DNA of 64,000 nt, taken from assembly GCA_018052825.1 (NCBI GenBank), contig JAGPMN010000001.1, positions 17,232-81,231 of the forward strand, given 5' to 3'. The translations under genes were made by a program, and so were the position numbers. The notes beneath the pieces are model-generated. The model had not been told where the DNA came from and ran no database searches. It saw nothing but the letters and a program-made list of their open reading frames with translations. Every line of letters begins with the position of its first letter. Position 1 is the first letter of the stretch. Origin of the DNA: Methanothrix sp. Lineage in GTDB: Archaea > Halobacteriota > Methanosarcinia > Methanotrichales > Methanotrichaceae. Of this stretch, positions 29,109 to 38,058 are shown piece after piece.

Positions 29109-32100
29109 TCATCCAATTACCGCCATGCCCCTCTCCATCCTTACGGAGCCGGATAGCGGGACGCTTCGAGACACCCCTCCCGCTTGCGCAGGAGTGCTAT
29201 TCGTATTAAAGACGCCTCTTTTCTCTTCTGATGGGAGGGCGAAAGCACTGGGATTCATCTCCCCAGATCTCCAGGCCACATCCCAGCTATCCAGCACCTC
29301 TTCCTCCCGGCTGAGTCTCAGGTCCACAAGGCGGATGGCTGAAGGCCCCTCGCTCGCTCTGAAAAGGCCTGGATCAAACTGCAGGATTACTGTGGCATTT
29401 CCGGCAGTAAGATATCTCTCTTCCTCAGCCTCGCCCATCACATCTCCGTAGTCATCTACTATGACGCCCTGCAGAGCATACATTCCAGGCCTGTTCACAG
29501 TCACATTGATCCCGATGGCAATACTGCCTGCCGTTGTGAGATTGATGAACTCACCGGAGAGGTATGCGGGCGGAGACTGGAACTGATCCGGATCGACATC
29601 GATGATGATATCATCCTTAAAGCGGTCGATGTAGCTGCCGCTGTCATCGTAGAGTATGAGATTTTTAATATGCAGCGGTCCGCAACTGCCCCGCTTCCAG
29701 ATATCCATGCCGCTGATGTTCACAGCCATGATTCCGCCGGACTTCAGCCTCTCAATGCTATCAATGAGATCGATGCTCCTTCCCTGGCAGTCCGTAAGGG
29801 CTCCTTTCAGCCTGTACTCTCCGCCTGCCGTTATGTTTACGGCAAAGCCCAGCGACAGCACGTCAAACAGGCCGTCTCCGTCGCTATCATATGTCTCATG
29901 GCTCGCCAGACCCTCCAGCCTGCTGCCGGCTACGGTCACGCTCACCGGGATCTCGAAGCTGCCGCCGTCTGTGGATTTGTCGAAAGAGATCTTGATGTAG
30001 CCGTCCAGGCGTGAGAGAGACGTATCAGTCGGTATGGTGAGATTGGCGTATAGAATTCCGCTCTCATTGGTGGGCAGATCTGCCGGGCCCCTCGTTTCAA
30101 TCCATCCCCAGCGGTCCTCTGCATACTCTTTGTAGAGCACAGAAAAGGACTGGCCAGCCTCAGGAACATCATACCCGTAGACCTTGATCCTCCATGTGCC
30201 GTTCTCCGGATCGGATACCTCCAGGGGTCCGAGGTCTCCTGTGCCCAGCGCCGCGTCGACCGGCTTGCCCTCCGGATTCTCTAAGACCAGCATCATCTCA
30301 CTGGAGTTGGTCCTGTCGCCGCTCAGCAGCCTGGCCGAGATCTTCCTGGTCCTCTCTGTCGCATTGACCGCATTCTCCCACACCTCCTTGTAGAGAACAC
30401 TTCCCTCTATCTTCTCAGAGGTTATGTTCTCAATCACGCCGCTGTAGCTGAGATTAAATAAGGCGGGCCCAAAGTTTCCAAGAGAGAATTCATTGCTGCT
30501 GGTCGATCCCGGTGCAGCAGACTCCAGATTCCAGCGAATGGGATCTGTTATGATCCTCGATCTCTCCACATGCAGATCATAGTCGGCTGGATGCGTGGAG
30601 TTTTCGATGTGCACTGCAATCAGCCATCTTCCTGAGGGGGGGCTCTCCAGCCTCTTTTCTTCGGACCGGCTTATAAGTACGCCCTCTCCGCCGTCGCCAG
30701 AATAGTATTCGCTCGTAGGAGAGAGCAGGAACAGATCGACTCTCTCATCGCCCTGCCAGTTCAGCCTGGCGAAAAGCTCGCGATCACCGGGATTGATATC
30801 CAGATAGTAGTAATCCCATTCATTTCCCTTAAGCGTCCCGGAAGCCTCACCAACGCCGGCGACGATGGGGAGGGGCTCTGCCACCCGGACGCTGACCGGG
30901 ATATCCAGGAGGCTCTTGCCCTCGCCAGAGATATCTATGCTTGCATTATAGACTCCAGGTGCAGCGTCATCCGGAACCCTGATGGAGGCGGCAAATACCT
31001 TCTGGCCATTGGCTTCTATGCTCTCAGGAAGGGGCTGCAGTCTTATCCATCCGCCTGCATCTCCCAGGGCGGACGCCTTCAGGCCTGTGATGCTGTCGTT
31101 GCTGAAAAAGACCAGTCGCAAATTCCAGTCTTCGTCTCCCGGAGCCAGAGCATAGAGCTTCTTCTGTGGCCGGTCTGCGCCGGTATACAGGCCGACGTAG
31201 ACCCCTTCGCCAGAGGGCAGATAGGCCCAGCGACCTGCGCTCCACCGGTCCGGAATCACAGCGCAGACCGCATCGTCTCCGGCACCGGCGACGATATCAT
31301 AGGAACGGAGGGCATCCAGCATTCCGGCCCCCTGATAATACAGCTCGTAGCTCTCCCCGAGGGTATTGTTCAGCTTTACAGCCCCTCTGGCCATAGCTGC
31401 CTTCACTCCTGCGGGGCTGAGGCTCCTCGCCTCAAGGAGAAGGGCTGCCAGGCCTGCGGCAACAGGGGTGGATAGGCTGGTGCCTGACTCGATGGCATAA
31501 TAGTCGTCCACATAATCCGGCCTGCTCAGGCCGGAGGGAGCCGTGGATATGATGTCAACGCCCGGAGCCACTACATCCGGCTTTATCCTGTCGTCCCTGG
31601 TCGGGCCGGAGCCTGAGAATCCGGCTATGCGGCCGCTCGCATCTGCAGCCCCCACTGTGATGACATTGACACCGTCGCCTGGGGAGTCGATCAGTCCCGG
31701 AGGCAGGGCCACAACTATGGGAACCAGCAGAAGATAGAAGTCCTTATTGCTGCCGGAATCCTGAGACGGCCAGGCATCAATCTGGCTGGCCCGGGATCCT
31801 GCCAGATCCGCAGTCTTGCTGCTGTTGCGGTTTCCGGCAGCCACGCAGACCACCACCCCGGCTTTTGCAGCGTTGTCTGCGGCCATGGTTATGGGTGGGT
31901 TGGACTCGCCGAGATTTATGCCGCCCAGGCTCAGGCTCAGGATATCGGCCCCGCTGTAGACTGCCCACTCCATGCCGGCGATGATGTCCGATACCTTTCC
32001 GTCGCCCTTGCTGTCAATGACCTTGGCGCTGAGAAGGCTGGCTGCAGGAGCTATGCCCCTGTATAATCCCCCTGATGCAGCGCCCGAACCGGCAATTATG

Positions 32101-32651
32101 CCCGCCACCATTGTTCCGTGGCCGAGAAGGTCGTCGGCTGTGATCTCGTCTGCCAGAAAGTTCTTCTCAGCGACAACCTTTCCCACCAGATCCGGGTGGT
32201 TTTTGTCGATTCCGGAGTCGATGACAGCGACAGTGGTTCCATTGCCGTCGATGCCCTTCTCCCAGAGGCGGTCCGCCTTTATCTGTCTGGCTGGAGACAT
32301 ATAATCCCCGGGGCCTGCCATCTGCTCGGAAGGCGCAGACACCTGAGCATCCTGGTCATAATAGATAGCAGATACCCTCTCGTCTTCCGCCATCTGCTCG
32401 ATGGCAGATGCCCCCGCCCGGCCTGACAGCCCCGGGATGAGCCTGTACCTGTACCTGACATCGAGGCCCGGGATATCATCACCGGAGCGTTCTTTCAGCA
32501 TGACGATTACAGGGATATCCTGCTCCACTCCCCGGGCGATGATCCTGGAGATTTCAGCATCTATCTTGCCATGAGATGAACCGTTCGCCTCCGCTGCGGA
32601 GAGGGCTGCCAAAGCAACGCATGATATTATAATTACAAATTTTAGATTCAT
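29109..32651 (-). CDS. Secreted S8 (subtilisin-like) serine peptidase, about 1180 aa with long C-terminal beta-rich extension
   Basis: Signal peptide MNLKFVIIISCVALAALSAAEA. Catalytic D in VAVIDSGID, H in HGTMVAGIIAG, S in SGTSLSTPVAAG. Confidence 0.9.
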   Translation of the reverse strand: MNLKFVIIISCVALAALSAAEANGSSHGKIDAEISRIIARGVEQDIPVIVMLKERSGDDIPGLDVRYRYRLIPGLSGRAGASAIEQMAEDERVSAIYYDQDAQVSAPSEQMAGPGDYMSPARQIKADRLWEKGIDGNGTTVAVIDSGIDKNHPDLVGKVVAEKNFLADEITADDLLGHGTMVAGIIAGSGAASGGLYRGIAPAASLLSAKVIDSKGDGKVSDIIAGMEWAVYSGADILSLSLGGINLGESNPPITMAADNAAKAGVVVCVAAGNRNSSKTADLAGSRASQIDAWPSQDSGSNKDFYLLLVPIVVALPPGLIDSPGDGVNVITVGAADASGRIAGFSGSGPTRDDRIKPDVVAPGVDIISTAPSGLSRPDYVDDYYAIESGTSLSTPVAAGLAALLLEARSLSPAGVKAAMARGAVKLNNTLGESYELYYQGAGMLDALRSYDIVAGAGDDAVCAVIPDRWSAGRWAYLPSGEGVYVGLYTGADRPQKKLYALAPGDEDWNLRLVFFSNDSITGLKASALGDAGGWIRLQPLPESIEANGQKVFAASIRVPDDAAPGVYNASIDISGEGKSLLDIPVSVRVAEPLPIVAGVGEASGTLKGNEWDYYYLDINPGDRELFARLNWQGDERVDLFLLSPTSEYYSGDGGEGVLISRSEEKRLESPPSGRWLIAVHIENSTHPADYDLHVERSRIITDPIRWNLESAAPGSTSSNEFSLGNFGPALFNLSYSGVIENITSEKIEGSVLYKEVWENAVNATERTRKISARLLSGDRTNSSEMMLVLENPEGKPVDAALGTGDLGPLEVSDPENGTWRIKVYGYDVPEAGQSFSVLYKEYAEDRWGWIETRGPADLPTNESGILYANLTIPTDTSLSRLDGYIKISFDKSTDGGSFEIPVSVTVAGSRLEGLASHETYDSDGDGLFDVLSLGFAVNITAGGEYRLKGALTDCQGRSIDLIDSIERLKSGGIMAVNISGMDIWKRGSCGPLHIKNLILYDDSGSYIDRFKDDIIIDVDPDQFQSPPAYLSGEFINLTTAGSIAIGINVTVNRPGMYALQGVIVDDYGDVMGEAEEERYLTAGNATVILQFDPGLFRASEGPSAIRLVDLRLSREEEVLDSWDVAWRSGEMNPSAFALPSEEKRGVFNTNSTPAQAGGVSRSVPLSGSVRMERGMAVIG

Positions 32652-32690
32652 CGCCACCACGCCTGAGCCTCGCTACCTGCTAGGCAGATA

Positions 32691-33503
32691 ATGCTAAATA
32701 AACCTGTGGTCCTACTATCATTGATGATGCCATCCTCACCGGTATCCTATCTGCTCTGGATCAGCCTGCTGCTTCTCCTGGCCTCGGCATTCTTGCAGGC
32801 CGGGCGCGCGGCTGTTCTGGGATGGGCTCTCTTCGCAGTCTTCTGGGTCGGCCAGATAGGCCACTACCTGGAAATAGCCGACTACTTCAATGCCGGGCTT
32901 TTTCTGGGGGCGGGCGCGCTCAGCCTCTACATGGCCTGGATAGTGGGCCGCAGGGGCTCCTCCTCTCATGCCTGCCGCTGGGCAAGCTATGCGGCGGCAG
33001 CATCTGGAATTATCTATTTTCCCTTTGCCGAGGTAGAGCCTCTCAATGAGGCGCTGATAGGATTTACCGCATCTCTGACCGCTAATGCCCTCCAGCTCTT
33101 CTCAGTGCCAGCGGTTCAGGAGAGCTGGAACATGATAAGCCTGAACGGCAGCCGTGTGGAGATCATACTGGCCTGTACAGCCATTGAAAGCATTGCCCTG
33201 TTTGCAGGAGTCATACTCTCGGTGCATGCACCACTTGGCCGCAGGATGGTGGCTTTAGCTGCCTCAACCTTCTCGATCTATATCCTGAACATACTGCGAA
33301 ATGGATTTGTGCTCATGGCCTACGGATGGAGTTGGTTTGGCAGGGACAGCTTTGAGATCGCCCATAATTTGATAGCCAAGATCGGATCGACGCTGGCACT
33401 GCTTGCCATATCCTACCTGGTATTCATGCTACTGCCGGAGCTTTTATCACTCATAGATGAGCTTGCAGCAGAGGTAAAGCCCAGGAGAGGCGATGCAGCT
33501 TGA
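32691..33503 (+). CDS. artA: Archaeosortase A
   Basis: Polytopic membrane protein with IILACTAIESIALF (Cys), NILRNGFV (Arg) and EIAHNLI (His). Confidence 0.8.
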   Translation: MLNKPVVLLSLMMPSSPVSYLLWISLLLLLASAFLQAGRAAVLGWALFAVFWVGQIGHYLEIADYFNAGLFLGAGALSLYMAWIVGRRGSSSHACRWASYAAAASGIIYFPFAEVEPLNEALIGFTASLTANALQLFSVPAVQESWNMISLNGSRVEIILACTAIESIALFAGVILSVHAPLGRRMVALAASTFSIYILNILRNGFVLMAYGWSWFGRDSFEIAHNLIAKIGSTLALLAISYLVFMLLPELLSLIDELAAEVKPRRGDAA

Positions 33504-34087
33504 AGCTGGCCAAAGGCTCCGCACCATGGATTTCGGCGCCCATCCTTCTCTCTGCGGCCCTTGCCGCAGCAGGGAGCTGGTATATGTCAGCTTTAGCCAT
33601 GGCAGGCTCCATCTTCATGATATTCTTTCACCGCGATCCAGACCGCCTGCCGGAGGGGGAGGGCATGCTGGCTCCCGCTGACGGAAAGGTGGTTCAGGCA
33701 GCCAGAGATGGAATCGCCATATTCATGAGCCCCTCAAGTGTCCATGTCAACCGGGCTCCCCTGGATGGACTGGTGCGCAACATCGAATACAGGAAGGGCA
33801 CTCATCTGCCGGCATTCCTGGGCAGGGCCTGCGAAAATCAGCAGAACCGGATGCATTTGTCCACGGATGACGGTGAGATGGAGCTGCGCCAGATAACCGG
33901 GACGCTGGTCAGAGAGATCGTCTGCTATGTGAGGCCCGGCGATCGCATATCGCGGGGGGAGAGGATAGGCATGGTACGCTTCGGCTCACGTGTGGAGGTG
34001 AGCATTCCCCCCGGCTACAACCTTCAGGTTAAAAATGGCGACAGTGTGCGTGCCGGCCAGACTGTGGTCGCGGTGAGAGGTCCATGA
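33500..34087 (+). CDS. psd: Archaetidylserine (phosphatidylserine) decarboxylase proenzyme
   Basis: MVRFGSRVEV is the G-S self-cleavage site. N-terminal TM. The TTG start overlaps the artA stop. Confidence 0.8.
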   Translation: MKLAKGSAPWISAPILLSAALAAAGSWYMSALAMAGSIFMIFFHRDPDRLPEGEGMLAPADGKVVQAARDGIAIFMSPSSVHVNRAPLDGLVRNIEYRKGTHLPAFLGRACENQQNRMHLSTDDGEMELRQITGTLVREIVCYVRPGDRISRGERIGMVRFGSRVEVSIPPGYNLQVKNGDSVRAGQTVVAVRGP

Positions 34088-34758
34088 ATATAATCCGGAT
34101 CATGCGGCTGCCGGACGTATTCACTCTTTTGAATGTGGTCTTCGGTTTTCTGGCCATCCTCGCAGCGGGCGGAGCCTGGGGCCGGGGCAATGTGCACTAT
34201 GCCCTGGTCTTCATTCTGCTGGCGGCCATTGCCGACGGTGTGGACGGATTTCTGGCGAGGAAGGTTGGGGGCAGCGTTCTGGGAGCCGATCTGGACTCGC
34301 TGGCTGACATGCTCTCCTTCGGGGCGGCGCCAGCCTACTTTGCCATCTCTGCATTTCACATTCCCCCTCTCCTCTGGCCGGCGGGCATATTCTTCCTGCT
34401 CTGCGGAATTCTTCGCCTGGCCAGGTTCAACGTGGTCTCGGCCAGAGGCGATCAGTTCTTCGAGGGCCTCCCGATTCCCGCAGCAGGAATTGCCCTTTCC
34501 GCCAGCGTCCTGCTCGGCCGGCCTGCTATGACCGTCGCCCTCATGCTTCTCCTGGCGCTGCTCATGGCGAGCAGCATCTCTTATCCCAAGATCAGGGAGC
34601 TGTGGGTCATGGCCATGCTGGGAGCGATATTCCTGGGGGTGGGAGTGTACCTCTATATTGAGGAGAACATCATTCGTGCCGCCCTGGTGATAATAGCATT
34701 GATTGCTGCATATCTGGCAAGTCCGGTGGTGGTATCACGTATTCGAAAAAAGAGGTAG
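34084..34758 (+). CDS. pssA: CDP-alcohol phosphatidyltransferase, archaetidylserine synthase-like
   Basis: DGVDGFLARKVGGSVLGADLDSLADMLSFG is a D-G-x2-A-R-x8-G-x3-D-x3-D motif. ATGA overlap with psd. Confidence 0.85.
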   Translation: MNIIRIMRLPDVFTLLNVVFGFLAILAAGGAWGRGNVHYALVFILLAAIADGVDGFLARKVGGSVLGADLDSLADMLSFGAAPAYFAISAFHIPPLLWPAGIFFLLCGILRLARFNVVSARGDQFFEGLPIPAAGIALSASVLLGRPAMTVALMLLLALLMASSISYPKIRELWVMAMLGAIFLGVGVYLYIEENIIRAALVIIALIAAYLASPVVVSRIRKKR

Positions 34759-34817
34759 CTGCGTTCGAGGCAGGAATAAAGCTTGGTGCCCTCTACCATC
34801 AGTTCGTCGGCTCGCCC

Positions 34818-35063
34818 GTGAGCGTTGAGACGGCGGCAAGCCTGGAGCAGGCCATGCAAAAGAGCATCTCCCTGCAGCCCTATGTCAGGGAGGTAAAGGT
34901 CGAAATAGATAGGCATATGCTCGAAGAGAACTTCTTCGGCTACGGGGAGCTGGAGGGGCGTATGATCTGCGCAGAGGTGGTGATCGAGTATGAGGGGGAG
35001 ACCGTCTCCGCCAGGCTGAAGTTTGACAGGGAGAAGAACTATCCGCTCATGAGCCTGATTTGA
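34818..35063 (+). CDS. Archaeal dihydroneopterin aldolase (MptD)-like protein; N-terminus unresolved
   Basis: The track ORF starts at GTG 34818. The same frame is open from 34662 and encodes AAFEAGIKLGALYHQFVGSP upstream of that GTG, which I recall as the conserved MptD N-terminal motif. There is no ATG/GTG/TTG between 34662 and 34817. Confidence 0.5.
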   Translation: MSVETAASLEQAMQKSISLQPYVREVKVEIDRHMLEENFFGYGELEGRMICAEVVIEYEGETVSARLKFDREKNYPLMSLI

Positions 35064-35074
35064 TTACATCTTAG

Positions 35075-35989
35075 TCACTCGAACTCTATGGTTCCGGGCG
35101 GCTTGGGTGTCAGGTCGTAAACCACCCTGGCCACAGTGGGAATTTCGGCGGTGATGCGGCTGGAGATTCGCCTCAGTCTGTCCCATGGGATCTCCATCAC
35201 ATCTGCGGTCATGGCGTCCCTCGATGTCACAGAGCGCACTGCCACTATCCAGCCGTAGACCCGTACGTCGCCCTTGACGCCTGTGGCCTTTCCCAGCAGT
35301 GCAGCAAAGGCCTGCCAGGGGGAGAGCTGCACGACCTCCTCCTCGACGATGGAATTGGCCCTGCGCACCACATCCAGCTTCTCTGCTGTGACCTCGCCCA
35401 GGATGCGCACTGCCAGGCCGGGCCCGGGATAGGGCATCCTCTCGCTGATCTCCTGGGGCAGGCCCAGGGCGCGGGCCACCTCGCGGACCTCGTCCTTGTA
35501 GAGGTCGCGCAGTGGCTCGATTATGCTCTTGAAGTCCATGCTGCTGGGCAGCCCGCCAACATTGTGATGGGCCTTGATGCCACCTTCAGATTCGATCCTG
35601 TCCGGGTAGATGGTGCCCTGAATGAGGCAGTCTCCTCCTATCCTGGCTGCCTCCTCCTCGAAGATGCGGATGAATGTCTCGCCCACGATCTTTCTCTTTT
35701 TCTCCGGGTCGGTTACGCCCTTCAGGGCATCTATGAACCTGTCCTGGGCGTTGATACGCACGAGCCCTATATTCCGGAAGAGCTGCTCGATTCGGTCCGA
35801 CTCGAACTGCCTCATCAGTCCGGAGTCGACATAAACCGGTACCAGCCTGTCGCCCAGAGCCCTGTGGGCCAGCACTGCGCAGACCGAGCTGTCCACGCCT
35901 CCAGACAGCCCGATGATGGCGCGGCCTTTGACATCGCGCCTGATCTCTTCAATGGCATTATCTATGAAACGCTGCACATTCAAGGCCAT
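35075..35989 (-). CDS. guaA: GMP synthase subunit B (ATP pyrophosphatase)
   Basis: [14 protein letters not shown]-loop. The C-terminus ends ...PPGTIEFE. 304 aa. Confidence 0.9.
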   Translation of the reverse strand: MALNVQRFIDNAIEEIRRDVKGRAIIGLSGGVDSSVCAVLAHRALGDRLVPVYVDSGLMRQFESDRIEQLFRNIGLVRINAQDRFIDALKGVTDPEKKRKIVGETFIRIFEEEAARIGGDCLIQGTIYPDRIESEGGIKAHHNVGGLPSSMDFKSIIEPLRDLYKDEVREVARALGLPQEISERMPYPGPGLAVRILGEVTAEKLDVVRRANSIVEEEVVQLSPWQAFAALLGKATGVKGDVRVYGWIVAVRSVTSRDAMTADVMEIPWDRLRRISSRITAEIPTVARVVYDLTPKPPGTIEFE

Positions 35990-36084
35990 AATAGCAACCC
36001 CGGCTTAAGGGATAATATACTTGCGGTTTGGGCCCCTGCTGGGAGGCTGTCTTTTTTGCCATCAGGTGATCTTAATATGACATG

Positions 36085-36149
36085 TACATGAAAAATAAGG
36101 CTATAAATTATGAAAAAGAGGAGTATTCGGCGGGGCAGGGGAGTTGGGG
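36085..36149. repeat. Copy A of a two-block repeated intergenic sequence
   Basis: tacatgaaaaataaggctataaatt...gtattcggcggggcaggggagttgggg. See copy B at 37915-37978. Aligned by hand. Confidence 0.45.
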
Positions 36150-36152
36150 CTC

Positions 36153-36185
36153 GCCCTCTGGGAGGGCTCATCCTCCGGCCCTCCC
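36153..36185 (-). terminator. GC-rich alternative hairpins downstream of the 36209-37798 gene
   Basis: GCCCTC (36153), GAGGGC (36162) and GCCCTCC (36178) are present. GGGAGGGC-10 nt-GCCCTCCC forms an 8-bp stem. A competing 6-bp stem is possible. Confidence 0.35.
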
Positions 36186-36208
36186 CCGATCAAAGCGCTG
36201 CAGCCGAA

Positions 36209-37798
36209 TCAGTATGGTGTCGACTCCGTAACAGCTCCCGGGCAGCACTCCAGCCCCAGCTTCTCTGCGCTGATGCTCTTGTTGGCATACCTCCACCGGG
36301 CCCTGCCTGCCAGGCTGAAGTTTCCGGAGAGGTGTGTCTCGGCAGTGCCTGCCGGCCAGACTGCCTTTCGGTCGGCCAGGCCCGCCACCTCTGCCTCCGT
36401 CTCCAGCGAGCTTAGGGTCTTGCCCAGGCTGGCGGTATAGCTGAGGTTGAGGCTTTTGGCCTGCCAGTAGCTATCCCTCCAGAGTATATCGCGATAGTCA
36501 TTCTCGGCCCTCAATCCCGCACACCACTCCTCCCGGGCCTCAATCTCTCCGCTCACATCCCCGCCGCCCATGGGTGAGAGGTCGATCTGCACCGGCGCTG
36601 ATGCCGCCAGAACCCACCGGTTCACCCTGATGCTGGCAGAGCTGTAGTTAAGGACCTGCCCGGCCTGATAGCCGCCAGAGCCATGCTCTCCGTACTCCAG
36701 AGTCGATCCCACAACCGGCCTGATTTTGGTGGAGGCGGATGCGGAGAAGTTGAACTCTCCCGCCTGGATATGGACTTTATTGGCTACGAGGTAGCTCTCA
36801 AACTCAGTGCTGAGAAGGCCGTGCGTGGCGGTGAGGCCCTTTCCGGATACCATTCCATCTATTGCTGCGGTGGCCGATGGCCTTTTGGTTCTCATCTTGA
36901 TCACAATCTGGCCGTGGGCTCCGGCAGGCAGATTGAGAAACGTCCAGGTGTCAAATGTTCCGGAATCGGGCGGCGGGTATGACTGTACAAAGACTGTGCG
37001 GGGATCGTACTCCTCCCTGACGATCACATCCGCCGGCTCCAGATTATTGTTGCCGTAGGTTATTGTGTAGGTTATCAGCCCGCCTGCCACCGCAGAGGAG
37101 GAGCCGTCCTTGATCTCCTCCTCTTCAAGCGGCTCGAAGCTTATCACATCACCACCTATCCTCACATAGTCGATATAGACCGATGTCGGAGATTGCGCGG
37201 AGGCAGAGGTGTCCTTGCTGCTGACTGTTATGTATATCCTGATCACCTTTCTCTCTCCCATCTCATTTTGCAGGCTGTCCAGGCTGCTGGCCGTACGGGA
37301 CCTGTCTTTATAGACCAGATAATCCAGGTCGAAGCCATCGAGCTCATTCCATTCATCATAGGACATCTGCAAATCAGACCAGCTCCTCTCCAGTGAGGTG
37401 ATCCTGGCGTCCTCCGAGCTTTTGCTGCTGTATTTGCCATCCCCATCGCCATCGAGATAGATATCGATCTGAATGGCGGAGCTGCCGGATTGGGGATTGA
37501 CCCAGAGGCTGAGGCTGTCCAGTTCATCCAGTGGCAGAGGCTTTTGCAGATTCATGTAGATTCTGGAATAGCTGCCTTCGCTATTCATGAGCAGCTCGGC
37601 GCTGTTCGATCCGTGCAGGCTCTCCTCTCCAGATACCCTTCCCTCCGAATTCTTGAGCTTTCTAAGGCTGTAATCAATGTCTGTCAGACAAAATGAGCTG
37701 AAAGTGAATATTTGAATGATGATAATAACCAGCAGAAGACGGGAAAAAGGGATCAACAGGCGACTGCTACATAGGTTATAGACCAACTGCTTGCTCAT
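36209..37798 (-). CDS. Secreted/membrane-anchored hypothetical protein with DUF11-like repeat
   Basis: N-terminal TM LLVIIIIQIFTFSSFCL. GGLITYTITYGNNNLEPADVIVREEYDPRTVFVQSYPPPD is typical of the DUF11 'conserved repeat domain'. 529 aa. Confidence 0.65.
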   Translation of the reverse strand: MSKQLVYNLCSSRLLIPFSRLLLVIIIIQIFTFSSFCLTDIDYSLRKLKNSEGRVSGEESLHGSNSAELLMNSEGSYSRIYMNLQKPLPLDELDSLSLWVNPQSGSSAIQIDIYLDGDGDGKYSSKSSEDARITSLERSWSDLQMSYDEWNELDGFDLDYLVYKDRSRTASSLDSLQNEMGERKVIRIYITVSSKDTSASAQSPTSVYIDYVRIGGDVISFEPLEEEEIKDGSSSAVAGGLITYTITYGNNNLEPADVIVREEYDPRTVFVQSYPPPDSGTFDTWTFLNLPAGAHGQIVIKMRTKRPSATAAIDGMVSGKGLTATHGLLSTEFESYLVANKVHIQAGEFNFSASASTKIRPVVGSTLEYGEHGSGGYQAGQVLNYSSASIRVNRWVLAASAPVQIDLSPMGGGDVSGEIEAREEWCAGLRAENDYRDILWRDSYWQAKSLNLSYTASLGKTLSSLETEAEVAGLADRKAVWPAGTAETHLSGNFSLAGRARWRYANKSISAEKLGLECCPGAVTESTPY

Positions 37799-37914
37799 AG
37801 ATTTTATTTTTTCTTTGACTGTAGAAATAGAATTCGGTCCGTCTGAATTCGAGTAGGCAAATTCTCACCGGATACATTGGCCTGTAAAGACCTACATCTG
37901 ATCTACACGACCTC

Positions 37915-37978
37915 TACATGAAAAAAAGGGTTATTAACTTTGGCGGCAACCGGGTATCTGGCGGGTAGGTGAGTGGGG
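37915..37978. repeat. Copy B of the two-block repeated intergenic sequence
   Basis: tacatgaaaaaaagggttattaactt...gtatctggcgggtaggtgagtgggg. By hand, about 21/28 and about 22/27 matches to copy A in the two blocks. Confidence 0.45.
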
Positions 37979-38058
37979 ACTTATCCTTACCGTCCGGGCA
38001 GGAGAGATCGGAAAAAGGGGGCGATCTCCTCTGCCATTCCCTTCTTTGTGAAAAGTCG

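Noticed and set aside
36110-36415. 101-aa plus-strand ORF (MKKRSIRRGRGVGARPLGG...) starting in repeat copy A
   Set aside because: It has an Arg/Gly/Pro-rich low-complexity translation and overlaps the 3' end of the minus-strand DUF11 gene. The similar MKKR... start in copy B terminates after 16 codons.
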